In this document: positions 12,128 to 24,249 of the stretch, piece by piece
Position numbering within the stretch: position 1 is the first letter of the stretch
Layout: every line of letters begins with the position of its first letter
Origin: Eledone cirrhosa
Lineage: Eukaryota
Direction: 5' to 3'
Assembly (NCBI GenBank): GCA_964016885.1
Contig: OZ024740.1
Span: forward strand, 135,284,001-135,348,000
DNA length: 64,000 nt
The notes under the pieces: model-generated
Seen by the model: only the letters and a program-made list of their open reading frames with translations
Told to the model about the DNA's origin: nothing
The model's database searches: none
Translations under genes and position numbers: made by a program

Positions 12128-12878
12128 GTTGCAGAGGGATATGGCTCTACTGAGCTGACGCCCACAATAGTTCTTCTGCAGCCCAGTGGGTTTTAGGATA
12201 CCCTACGATAAATCAGGTGCTTTGTTGACTCTGTAGACTTGAAGTTCTCGACAAGCAGAGATTTCGAGTTGTTCATTATATTTTACTTAAATCGCCTATG
12301 TTGTTTAGATTCGGGTTCACCTTCATCAAGCAGACCTGTGATCAAAGACATCCTAGCCGTGACTATCCTGTTTTGTTTTTGATTAATACTGTAAGTAGGA
12401 CTGCATAAGGCAACGTACCCGTCCTCTTTCAACATTGTAGGGCGTGATTTACGGGAAATTTAGCTGCTATTTCTAGCAGATCTAGAGATTACATTGAGGC
12501 TCCCTCATTCGCTCTCTTTATTGCTAATGTTCTTGAGCCGATGTAAACTAATCAATATTATTATTAGAAATTGTTTAGCTGAAAACAAAAGGAAAAACAA
12601 AACAAAACAAAAAACGGGTTCATTGAACTGGTTTAGTACAAAGGTATCCATTGAAGTTATGGAACCACCCCACATCATTCTGTTCTTCCTATACAGTTGC
12701 TACAAGTGATAACTGTTTATGAAAAGCACTTTCATCAAGAATTTTAGTCGATGGCTAAATTTCGACAAATCGATCAATTATAAATTATTATTTTTAATTA
12801 AATGTTCAATCTTCACATCAACACCATAACTATCACTGCTGCTCTAGCATTGTTATCATTCTTCTCCTCCTCTTCTAG

Positions 12879-12879
<1 letters not shown>

Positions 12880-12927
<48 letters not shown>

Positions 12928-12972
12928 CCATCACCACCACCACCACCACCATCATCATCATTATCATCATCA
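12880..12972. repeat. (CAT)n/(CAC)n microsatellite
   Basis: Direct observation. Confidence 0.95.
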
Positions 12973-13325
12973 ATCAATGCAGTAAACACCACCATAGCCG
13001 GCATTGTCTTTGCCAATAATGAGCACGCGGTTATGCTGTTAACACTACAACTATCACTATCATGCGCGCCCACACACTATTAGCACATACACATACAGAC
13101 TACAATTATCATTACAAGTCGATCGACTGCTAAAATTATCAGACAAATATCTCTCAAAGCACACCCTGACATCTTAAATAAGGAAAGGACACATTGGAAA
13201 CGGAATGTAGTCATAAATATACACCTTAAAATGATGGGATAATCTCGACTTAAATATCTTTGATCGTATGTCTACAAGTACGTAGGTAGATAGATAAAGA
13301 GATAAATAGATAGATAGATAGATAT

Positions 13326-13700
13326 GTTTCTTTATTAGCCACAGGGGCACAAAAGAAGGGGACAAATACAAAGGGGGAAGTTTACATACAATAAAAACGT
13401 GTAAAATGTTATCACAAATGCAATTTAAAAAGTTAGTCGATTTTCCCCAATGGGGGGAGACAGTTCATATGGGTAACACATACCCCCGAAAAAATGTGCA
13501 ACCCTCAACTCCAGGAGTACGAAGAGTTTGTACTCCTTTCCTCTCCTCCTCCTTTTCCTCAACCTACAGGCTGATATAGAGAGAAGGCCCATTCACTCGG
13601 GCCATTCTCGCCACTTTCACCCACCTTTCATAAAACTTGCTGGGGTACAGCACCTCTCTCTCCATCCTGATTCTTCTTCCAAAGTGGTATTTGAAAAAAA
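13326..13700 (-). mobile_element. 3' fragment of L1/Tx1-type LINE flanked by (GATA)n on both sides
   Basis: Encodes ORF2 end KVARMARVNGPSLYISL*, homologous to 21960-22020. 3' tail GTGGCTAATAAAGAAA. Confidence 0.8.
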
Positions 13701-14518
13701 GAAAGATAGATAGATAGATAGATAGATGACGTGCTACGATCGCCTGGGATGCTAAAATCTGAAGAACTTAAGAGATAAAGAGAGCGGGTGAGGTCACTCC
13801 CGGAACAGAGGAGGCTGGAGGACAAGGATGTTGAAGACAAGGGTGTGATTGACGGTTTGGATGAGAAGGTTGTGTTGTGTCATATTTAGCGTGAGATATT
13901 CAAATTTGGTTAGATAATAGGATTTTACTTGGTGACATGTATGATTATAAAACTATAGATTCCTTGTATACAAGTTAATTATATTTTTCTACTACATATT
14001 TTCAAATGGTATAAAGAGAGTAATGCCTGGAGAAAGTTGGAGACCCCCCCCCCCAAACTTGGAGCAGCTGACATCATATTGTCAGGCTGGCCAGAGACTT
14101 TGAACGCAAAGATTTTAAGATGATTTCCCAACCGCCCCCGCTAAAACTGGAGTCAGACATTTCGGACCTCGTGATAGGTTTCATAACTCATGATGAAGCA
14201 ATAAGTTACAACCGGATGCCCATCCTGGAGTCAACCCTTTAAGTTGCTTCTTACGACATATATGTATGCAATAAGTAAACGACATAGTACAATGAAGAGA
14301 TATATTAGTTTAACGCTTGATATAGTAGGAAAAGAGTCTTTACGTTTCATCAGACGACAAGATAGAATGAGAAATAAAAGATGAAATAGAAAGATAGAGA
14401 TTAAGAAGAAGGAACGGAACAATTTTATCTTTTATAAAAAGCACGTGTGTACTCAGTCAACCATCATTATACTATGTAAGCATGGAAAAACGAACGTAAA
14501 AAGGATTATGAGTGCGTG

Positions 14519-14556
<38 letters not shown>

Positions 14557-14942
14557 ACAGCGTAAATGTTTATCCCTCGAATTAGTGCGATAAATCTGGT
14601 CAGTTGATAACTCCTACATTTTCAGAATTGTCCTGATTAACATATGATCAGCTGTATTGATTAGATGGAAATAAAAACTGAATCGTTCATGGTGTATCTA
14701 AGTGCTTTGATGGAAAGTGAACTGAAGTGAATTAGCTATATAACTAAGAATCGAAGTAAGGTTGTAGGCTTAGATCGCCACGAGCTTAGTTTTTATTCAC
14801 TCTCTCTATTTCTCTCTCTTTTTACCTACACACGCTCATGTGAGTATGCATGGATATATGTATACTTGTGTATATGTACGCACACATGTTGAGTGTAACG
14901 AACAAAAGAAAAAAAATTGTTCAATACTACACAGTATAGAGG

Positions 14943-15297
14943 AGTGTTTCCCAAAGTGGATTCCGAGGAAGCCCATAGTTCGACGAAAAAATTCAGGAGT
15001 TTCGCTAGATGAGATCCCTTTTGATAATAATAAAATTATTAACAGCTTTTTCTTTATATATATAAATAATGTTTCTCTTTCTAAAATAATTTTTGTTTCA
15101 TTTATTGATTTATTGATATTAGGGTGTGATTGTTCGTGAAATATACAGGATGTCCCCAAAAATATATACACACTTCAACAGCAAAGTAATCAAAGTGTGT
15201 GTATATATTTTGGGGGGACACTTTGTAGATATGGGTTCCGCAATTTTTGGAAATCTGTGTAAGGGTTCCGTGTAAAAATAAGTTTGGGAACCATTGG
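14943..15297. mobile_element. hAT-like MITE containing a nested ~85-bp Tc1/mariner-like MITE (about 15143-15227)
   Basis: Outer ends AGTGTTTCCCAAAG / GTTTGGGAACCATTG. Inner inverted arms TACAGGATGTCCCCAAAAATATATACACACTT / AAGTGTGTGTATATATTTTGGGGGGACACTTTGTA. Confidence 0.6.
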
Positions 15298-15350
15298 TAA
15301 ACAGCATAATTTTAACTGTTTTATACAGCATACGAAACAGCTCAGTCAAA

Positions 15351-15500
15351 TGTATGTATGTATGTATGTATGTATGTATGTATGTATGTATGTATGTATG
15401 TATGTATGTATGTATGTATGTATGTATGTATGTATGGATGGATGGATGGATGGATGGATGGATGGATGGATGGATGGATGGATGGATGGATGGATGGATG
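15351..15500. repeat. Compound (TATG)n(GATG)n microsatellite
   Basis: Direct observation. Confidence 0.95.
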
Positions 15501-15642
15501 TGTGTATGTGTGTATATGTATGTTTCAGAATAAAAGAGAGAGAGAGAGTGTGTGTGTATGAGTATTATTGAAAGTGTGAGTTGAACAAACTATACGCCAT
15601 ATACATATGTGATAAACATATATCAGCAAAATAGAAACCTAC

Positions 15643-15696
15643 CTCTTATGGCTGGTCACGGTGACTCGGAGATCGAAGAAATTGTCCTGTTGTATC
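15643..15696 (-). CDS. Candidate 54-nt symmetric exon (IQQDNFFDLRVTVTSHK)
   Basis: Acceptor attgaacttag|G, donor AAGAG|gtaggt, single open frame. Confidence 0.3.
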
Positions 15697-15796
15697 CTAA
15701 GTTCAATGAACAGTGGAATATGAGTAGAGGTTATCAAGAACGTTTGAGCGTGTGCGCACGATTGTGTTTTGTGTTACTTTCTATAGTTAGTTAACA

Positions 15797-15850
<54 letters not shown>

Positions 15851-16249
15851 GCGTGTTTATATTAGAAAGGCGTATTGAACCAGAGAATGAGCAAAACTTT
15901 ACGAGGTATTAGGGTTTGTAAAGTGAAAGTGAAACTAGATTCTAAACGCGAAAGAAAAAAAACATGAACTTTTATGATTTTCCAAACGTTTCACTGTTGA
16001 ATTATATCGTTTTGCTTCTTCCGAATCAGGAAATTTTCTCGTATCCAGAATTATGGATCAGGCATGAAAATCTCCTTTAATGTATCTGCCTAATGTCCCA
16101 CCTATACCAACATTATGTGGTCAATAACACTCGATATAAGTGACATTTCCTTTCTAAACTGTATGGCTATCAACTTCATCGTTGATGTAGGAATTCCGTT
16201 GTTCATAAAAATGTTTGAATATTCCGTGGCTATGCGCATCGAGAGGGAT

Positions 16250-16660
16250 TATCCTATATACTAGCCAATATCACATCGAACGTGACGTGATGGGCTATAT
16301 GACTGCAAGTCTCCGTAGAAAGACTTCTATTATAACTCTACAAGTGGTTATAATAAGCGACGTCTCATTCAGCTTAGTCGTAGAACAACCATAACAACAG
16401 ACTTTGATATTTTCATGTGTATATATAATGAAGTATCTAACAAAATTATTAATAATGATGTAATAACATCGTAGTGGCGATTTCACACGAGGCAGACACG
16501 GTGATACCGTAAAAGTGAGGATGGATGCCGATGACGTAGTATAACTCTTTATATAGTAGTAATTTCCATTCATATATTTCGTCATTGACAAAATAAAAAA
16601 AAAAAGCTAATTTTGGCGCCAGAACAGATTTGATCTGATGGGCGACTAGAAGCGAAAAAT
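16250..16660. promoter_or_regulatory. Possible promoter region
   Basis: Unique, relatively CpG-rich sequence with an E2F-like TTTTGGCGCCA (~16611-16621) and ATF/CRE-like TGACGT motifs (~16283 and ~16532). Confidence 0.25.
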
Positions 16661-16983
16661 GCTGCTACCCATTTTTCTATATTACTAATTTATTCATTAG
16701 AGATTTCAGACAACTAATTTAGTTATATTTTAGATGTAAGTTAACTGAGACATGATATTTTTCTATCATTTAATACGCTCTTCCATCCTCTATCACCGAG
16801 TAGTACTTATATATGTATTACATATGTACAGTGGTGGATACAAAAGGGGCCCACCCACAACTAAACAAGAGTCTGCCTATGGCAGAACAAAGAGACAGAT
16901 TGAACTTTTGTGGGTTAAAATTTCTTGTATTTATAATGGCTAGGTCCCCAGAAACATTAAACAGATAACCTTTTCTTTTAAAC

Positions 16984-17696
16984 CAGAGGTTCTTAAACAT
17001 TTTGGACCACTGCACCCCTCACTGCCACATAATACCCTCAGTGCCCCCAACCCTATTTACAGAGAGACCTGCCAACATTCAAATTGTAAATAATTATAGT
17101 GACTAGCGCCATCTCTCCGGGGAACCGAGACTATTTGGAGTGACTTCCCCGTGGCCAGTATATAAAGGAGTATAGGTTACTCTAAAAAAAAAAAAAAAAA
17201 AAAGAAAAGACTTTTAGTGAACTGGTCATAAGATTATTTACTCTAGTAGATAACACTGTATGCCAATTACTAATTTAATAAGTAAAGGAACACAAGAATA
17301 TGTAAGGAAAGCAGGAAGCAAGATGATGAGATGCAGACAGGAAATAATATATATGATAACAACGATAAGTCTTCTCAACAGTATGTGAAGGTAGTTTTCT
17401 TTATTTGTGTGCTTGTGCGTGTGTATATTACAATGGTTAAATGACATACCTGTGACTTGCTTTGTTAATCCTTGTAAGAAGGATTGGAATACATCTGAGC
17501 TGAGCCTTATGGTATAGGTCCTCAGGCAGATGTGTTGCAGGTCGGAAAGGCTCGACTGAAAGAGGGTAAGTGAGCAAGAGTGTTATCTACTAGAGTAAAT
17601 AACCTTATGACCAGTTCACTGAAAGTGGTGACTCCAACGTGATTCGTAATACACACAGGCACACAAATAAAGAAAAACTATCTTTGAGAACCTCTG
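16984..17696. mobile_element. Non-autonomous hAT element with perfect 8-bp TSD and LTR-like cargo
   Basis: TIRs CAGAGGTTCTTAAA / TTTGAGAACCTCTG. TSD TTTTAAAC at 16976-16983 and 17697-17704. Confidence 0.85.
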
Positions 17697-17989
17697 TTTT
17701 AAACAAAAGCCATAAATCAGATGGTGATGAAACTAGATCAAACAAAGGAATTGGTATCTAAGTTTGGCTGACTGATGTTAAAGTTCAGTGTGTGTTAATA
17801 TGTAACTATTTGCAAACATAGGAACCTTTTCATTGTATGGTTTTGTTATAAATGTACTGAATATATGCAGATATATATTTAATAAATACTTAGTGCACAA
17901 TTATATATTAAAATTTACTTTCAACATTGATCAATCAAATCTATTGACATTTTCCCAGACCTCAATCACCTCAGTGGGGTGGAACTTAT

Positions 17990-18172
17990 GAAACTGGACC
18001 AGAGAATCAATGTTTCCATTGGTATTTCCTGTTTTGTTACTATCTACCAGTCATAACTCCTGGCAGAAAGAACAACATGAGATAAAATATCTTGCTCAAG
18101 GACATAATGCATCTCCCAGTCCAGGAATCGAACTTGCAACCTCACAATTGTGAATCCAACTCTTTAACCCAG
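17990..18172 (-). mobile_element. SINE family 2-related copy
   Basis: Matches 32545-32755 (TTGCTCAAGGACATAA...CCAGGAATCGAAC). Confidence 0.7.
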
Positions 18173-18777
18173 TAAAACTAGGTGTGTGTGCGTGCGGGGG
18201 GAGGGGGGGGGGCAATAATTATATTTTACTCCCCAAACTGCCAAAACACACTATTTGTATATGCGCTACAATTTATGTACATGTTTTATTTATTGCATAT
18301 CAAAGTTTTTTTTAGATCTTGGTTGATATTTGATAATAACAGCTAAACTAATCACTACAACTAAATTGACCAAATTTGCATGCCTTCTGAGGTTGATAAA
18401 TAAAGTCCTAAGATGAAAGGCAAAATTAGCCTCAGCAGGATTTAAACTCAGAGTGCAAAGAGTCCAAATGAATACTGCAAAGCATTTTATTTTTTGCCCT
18501 AACAGTTCTGCCAATTAGCTGCCTTAAAGTCATGAAAAATATTTGGAAAGAAATAAAGTGCTTTTATGAGAACATAGATTATGTTTGCTTGAAAGTTACA
18601 TATTGATTTTAACATAGACACAACAGCACAAATATTGGAGGAAGGAAAAGTTGATTAACTCAATCCTAATAACTGCCTGGTATTTATATTGCTGAACTTG
18701 GAAGGATAAATGGTGATGTCAATATCAATGGGATGATATATCTACATATTGAAAGCTGAAAAGATATATATATATGC

Positions 18778-19036
18778 CCCCACACCCCCCACCGCAAGGT
18801 GGCCGTGGAGGTGCCACGGCAAAAAAGCACCCAGCCCACACTGTAAAGTGGACGTGTAGGCGCCACGAAAAAGCACCCAGCACTCACTGTAAATGAGGTT
18901 GGTGTTAGGAAGGGCATCCAGCTGTAGAAATCAAGCCAAATCAGTTCCTGTATGAGCAACGCATGGTCAGCCGACCAGACACTGCCCACAACAGGACAAC
19001 CCGTCTAACCCATGCTAGCGTGGAAGAACGGACGTA
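18778..19036 (+). mobile_element. RTE subfamily B 3' UTR fragment
   Basis: Near-identical to 29695-29960 and to 62910-63125 (reverse). Confidence 0.9.
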
Positions 19037-19124
19037 TATATGTGTGTGTGTGTGTGTGTGTGTAAGTGTCCTAGAACTTGCTTCACTTCCATGACAAAAG
19101 TAGATCCTACAAACAAAATTATTT

Positions 19125-19291
19125 CAGTGCTGGATTTAGGACAAATGAGGCCCTGTGCTAATTAAGTTATGAGACCCCTTATGAGGAAAAAATTCATTGT
19201 AAAAAAAATTCTTGGCAGGAAGATGGGCTTTCCCTGGCCAATGGGGCCTTGTGCTTAAGTAAACCTAAGCACTGTGGTAAATCCAGTACTG
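19125..19291. mobile_element. hAT-like MITE
   Basis: TIRs CAGTGCTGGATTTA / TAAATCCAGTACTG. Confidence 0.6.
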
Positions 19292-19539
19292 CATGACTTT
19301 GAGTTTTATAATATTGATAATTAATATTTATAGATTTAGTGTAAGTAGGTACTGCCTATTTTGCCTATCCAGACTACCCACCCTTGTTATACTCAGAATT
19401 ACATATCTACACATACATCTTTTTCTTCTTTGACCTTTAACTTCTGAAGTAGTTGCAGGGGTACTGTCATGGGCATTTTAAGCCCACCCCTCTCCACTCA
19501 AAACACTTTTATTTTTGTTCACATGACATCTTCATTTGT

Positions 19540-19726
19540 AGTGAATTGGCAGTATCGGTAGAGGGTCGGACGCTATGCTTTGACGCATAGAGTTACGGCC
19601 CTTGCTATTCTGAGTTCAAATCTCGCCGAGGTTAATTTGCTTTTCATCCTTACGGGGTCGATAAAATAAAGTACCAGTAATGCACTGGGGAATTGCTGGC
19701 CTTGTGCCAAAAGTAGAAACAATTAT
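19540..19726 (+). mobile_element. tRNA-derived SINE, family 1
   Basis: TGGCAGTATCGGTAG A-box, GAGTTCAAATCT B-box, TTTCATCCTTACGGGGTCGATAAAATAAAGTACCAG core. Confidence 0.85.
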
Positions 19727-19784
19727 TTACTGATATTCCTATTTTTTAGATGAACTGGCAATGTCGTTAAAGCACCGAATTAAT

Positions 19785-19978
19785 TCTTCTTCTTTTTACT
19801 TGACGAACCAGTGATCCCAAAGCATCGTTGTGCATAGAGCCGACCAGGTTCGCCAGAGCCCTGCATCACTAGTGGTCCTGTGCCAGCTCCTCTGCATCCT
19901 CCAAGGTGATGTCGAGCCTCCTGATGATGTCCAGCCATCTGGTGCAGGGCCTGCCACGGGGCCTCTTCCAGCCAACTA
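19785..19978 (-). mobile_element. 3' end of a different RTE-like LINE with (AAG)n tail
   Basis: Minus translation GWKRPRGRPCTRWLDIIRRL...LAQD. Confidence 0.7.
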
Positions 19979-20499
19979 ATTATCTTATGATATTTGTTCT
20001 GGCTCTCCTTGCTCTGAGTTCAAATCTTGTTGATCGACTTTGCCTGTTGTCCTTTCGGAGTTGTAAGTAAAGTACTTGTCTAGGTGGTAGATTAGTGGAA
20101 TTGTTAGAGCATCAAATGCGATGTCTTGCAGTATTTCTCTCAGCCCTTTGTGTTCTGTGTTCTTGGCTTCAAGGCTGTATTGGACAACATCAATGGCATA
20201 CAGAAAAGAGGCTTGCATGCATGGGCAACTACTGGTTTTGTGCACAAAAAAAAAAAAAAATCTTAGGTCTGTGCCTTGCACGCGCAGATGCATAGTCTTA
20301 TGGAGTCTACAGAGACCCTAAATAAATATTTTTATTTTATTTATCTATATTGACCATGAAAGGATGTAAAGACAAAATCCTTCTTTATATGGTTAATTCA
20401 TCTAGCTTCCTACTTCCAAGTCACAGATCTATCTCTAAATTATTACCTCCAAACATAACTCTCAGATTAAAACCTAAACTAATATATTACCTATATATA

Positions 20500-20690
20500 A
20501 TTGTTTCTACTTTTGGCACCAGGCCAGCAATTATCCCAGTGCATTACTGGTACTATATTTTATCGACCCCGTAAGGATGACAGGCAAAGTTAACCTCGGT
20601 GGGATTTGAACTCAGATCATAAAGGGAGGTAACTCTATGCTTCAAAGCATGGCGCCCGACCCTCTACCGATACTGCCAATCCACCGCCCT
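20500..20690 (-). mobile_element. tRNA-derived SINE, family 1
   Basis: Full-length reverse-complement match to 30142-30335. Confidence 0.85.
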
Positions 20691-20935
20691 TATAATGATG
20701 GTGGACTGGAAAAGTGATAGAGTGTCAGACAAACTGTTTCATGATATTTAGTTAAGTCCCCTCATATTCTGAGTTAAAATTCTGTCAGTGTTGACTTGAC
20801 TTTTCATAATATTGGAAATGGATGTGTGGTGATTACAAGAAGTCAGTATTCCCCTACTTTTCAGTTTTAAGGGAAGGGCTTATAGCATCTAACTGCCTAC
20901 CCCCACCTTTCCAACATCAGCTTCATGGCCCTTAA

Positions 20936-21085
20936 CTCTTTAGCATCTAAACTGGCCATATCCAGCCAGAATTCTATCACCTCTTTCTAACCAGTCATAA
21001 CTTGCTATTCATACTTATGTTAAGGTATTGTTCTCAAAATAAAAAAATACAACAGCATATATAGAGTAATGTGAATGCTAGAGGG
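20936..21085. mobile_element. piggyBac-like MITE
   Basis: TTAA on both sides. Ends CTCTTTAGCAT / ATGCTAGAGGG. Confidence 0.55.
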
Positions 21086-21480
21086 TTAACATAGCTCTCA
21101 TTCCTAAAACAGATTTCTATCTCTGCTCAGGGTGGGGAAGTGGGGCATAAAATATGTAGCAGCCAAGAACAGGAGTCAATTTGATTAACTATGCACCCCC
21201 TCATAAGTGGCTGACTTTGTACCAAAGTTAGAAATCCATATATTATCTGCATGCAATAGTTAAAAAACTGTTGCATACTCCTTTTTTCTTTTTAGTACAA
21301 AACTGTGAAACCAATTAAGTTGGTTATTTATACAGTGAGATTCTGTAGTTTACTCACTCAGAAAATATTGGACAAATCTGTGGCTATGGTAGAAGAAACT
21401 TGCCCAAGATGTGCAACAGTGGGATGAAACCTGAGAAACTTAATAATAATAATAATAATAATAATAATAGTAATAATACT

Positions 21481-24080
21481 TTCTTTATTAACCACAAGGG
21501 TTTACATAAAGTAGACATTAAGGACAGTACAGGACAATACAGGACGGTACAAATGGGCATTTCTGCGTGTAAAAAACAAAAACAGAGGATGTAACAAAAA
21601 ATAACAATGAAAAATTCCCCAATAGGGGGGTGACTTCCGAGGGACATTTGTGGAGAAAGCCCATTAAAATGATTTCTTTATTGGCCACAAGGGCTGACAT
21701 CAAGAAAAACATTACAGACGGCACAGGACGGTACGATGTGGGTTTTGTGTGTGTAAAGATTTTTATTATTTATATAAAAAAGGAAAAAAAAGACATAGAA
21801 ACATATATATAAACAATAAAAATGAAAATTGAAACAATGAAAAATTCCCCAATAGGAGAAAAACCTCCGAGGGTTACTCGTAGCGAAAACCACACAAAAG
21901 ACCACGGCCACCCTGACCACCAGGGCAAGTGCCCTATCTCAATTTTTCAATTTCTCAAACTACAGGCGTATATTCAGAGCGGTCCCGTTCACTCGGACCA
22001 TTCTCGCTACATTCACCCACTTGAAAAAGTTAATTAACTTCAAAAAGTTAATAAACTTGAAAAAACGGAAGAGGACGCGCTCCATTTTGGTGAGAGTTGG
22101 GCCGGGTCAAGGGACGACGGTGAGGCGGTAGCAGATGATGGATGCGATGCACGCATTTGCCACCTCCGCCCGGCCTGTCAGGAACAGCTTCCTCTCGGCC
22201 CATTTCTGGGTGAGGGAGGCCACCTTGCTCGTCACCTCATTCCAGTTTTTCTCCATCTGGAGGTTCGGTCCGAACCAGACCCCGAGCAATTTAACCGGTC
22301 TGTCCGTCCAACGGCCCACAGTGCTGTCGGACGGCATGGACTTGCCTCTCCAGGTGCCGAGCTGCAAGCCCACCAACTTTTCCTGGTTTATCTTTGCTCC
22401 TGTCACCGCTTCGTATTCCTTGAGAGCGGTGCCGAGCATCTGGACGTGTCTGGTGCTCGACACCACCACAGTGACGTCGTCAGCGTAAGCCTACTCGGAT
22501 TTCCCGCATCCTAGTTTGCATGGGACGCCCCTCATCGCCCCCAGTTTGTGCAGTAACAGCTCGAGAGCCAATACATACAAGAGGGACGAGAGGGGACAAC
22601 CCTGGTGGACCGAGCGCATGATGCTGAACGGCTGCAACAGGTGACCGTTCACCCTCACAACCGAGCAGATGTCGCTGTACATCGCAGCGATCCAATCCCT
22701 GAAAACGGGCCCAAAACCGGCTGCCTCGAGGACCGCCGCCAGGTACCGATGGTCGACCCTATCGAATGCTTTGGATTGATCCAAGTTGATCAGAGCCCCA
22801 CCCGTGCCAGGTTCCTTAACCACCCTCTCTATGATGTATCGCATGAGGTGGAAGTTGTCGTGTATGGATCTGTCCGGAATGGCGCATTGGCCAAAATCTT
22901 GAACTCTGCGTTTAGCAGGGTTATGGGCCTGAAGTTATCCATAACATCCCCCTTGTTCGGGTCTTTTCTCAGCAGCGCCACCGCTCCTTGGCTCACAAAA
23001 CTAGGAATGCTCCCGTTCTGCTGCCAGTTGCAGTAGACATCTGCTAAGAGGTCACCGAACAAGTTTGGCATAAATGCATACAACTTGTAGGGCAGACCAT
23101 CCAAACCTGGCGATTTACCCCTCGTGCAGCTAGCCATCCCTTCCCGTATTTCAGCGGCTGTTATTGGCTTTTCGCAACACTGTGCTGCAGTCGTCGAGAG
23201 CCAAGGCAGTCCATCGAGGTATGCACTGAAGTCCATACCCTGATCCGGCCCGCCACTACTCCTGAACAGTTCAGAAAAGTGCTGTTGAAAAGCTTCACAC
23301 ATCTGCTCGGGTTCAAGCAACACGTGCCCGTTTTGATCAGACAAAGACCGAATTGTGGTTTTGTTTCCACGTCGTGCCTCTGCCACCCGGGCCCATTGGA
23401 CAGCTTTTGTCTCCTCGTGTTTCAGAGCATGCGCTCTAACTCTGACAATGCAGCCTTCATGTTTTGCATTGAAGAATTGGTCGAGTGCCAATCTCGCCGC
23501 AAGCACGTCGGTTGCGATGCCTGTCCTAAACGCCTCTTCTAGCTTTCTGACTAGCTCTCCCTCTACTCTATTTTCCTCTATCACTAGTCCTTTGCTAAAC
23601 CTAATCGACTCTACTTTAATTGCCCTTTTCAGGGCTAACCACCACCTGTTGTTGACGACCGCTCCTGTCAACGGCTGCTTAACTAATATGCTAATCCGGT
23701 CTCTGTAGGCTTTGCACGCCGGGAAAGACGCGTTCAGCTTCCAGTAACCGGGCCCTTGTCTATGAAGTCTGTCTATGTCGATCTCACAGATCACAAATTT
23801 GTGGTCTGTGTAGTCGACTATTTTAAATTGTGGACAACTTATACTAGCCTTATCTAGTTCTCTGCAGAATACCCTATCGAGATGCGATCTGGATGACCCG
23901 ATGCGGTTTGTCCATGTCCACATTGGCACATTCGGGTGATCCAGTCGATACCTGTCAGACAGTTCAAAACGTCTGAGCAGGTTGGTGAGGCTCTTGCACC
24001 CTCCTTCCCTATCCCCACACAATCCCAGCGTGCTTCCAAGATACCGTTCCAGTCGCCCACTAACACTTAAGAGCGGGACG
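21481..24080 (-). mobile_element. Decayed, 5'-truncated L1/Tx1-type LINE (end of AP endonuclease plus RT) with two stacked 3' ends
   Basis: Motifs TWTN, SHLDRVF, TDHK, GYWKLN, KSPGLDGLP, FRPITLLN, LDQSKAFDRVDH, QGCPLS, AYADD. Internal deletions near 22890 and 22050. Poly(A)-signal tails near 21485 and 21675. Confidence 0.92.
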
Positions 24081-24193
24081 TTCCTCCTCCTCCTCCTCCT
24101 CCTCCTCCTCATCATCATCATCATCATCATCATCATGCCTACACTCACACTTTGGTAATGTAGATGAAGATTCTTAGTGAACCATTTTCATAG

Positions 24194-24249
24194 GTTATTT
24201 GTGGCAAGCCATTTACTAAGGCTGATTGCTCTTTGAAGACAAGGTTTTG
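24194..24249 (+). CDS. Candidate exon (VICGKPFTKADCSLKTRF), product unknown
   Basis: Acceptor ccattttcatag|G, consensus donor TTG|gtaagt, single open frame, further acceptor at 24340. Confidence 0.3.

Noticed and set aside
14335-14362. Minus-strand CTGATGAAACGTAAAGAC
   Set aside because: Resembles a hammerhead with stem II deleted, but is too short to support a call
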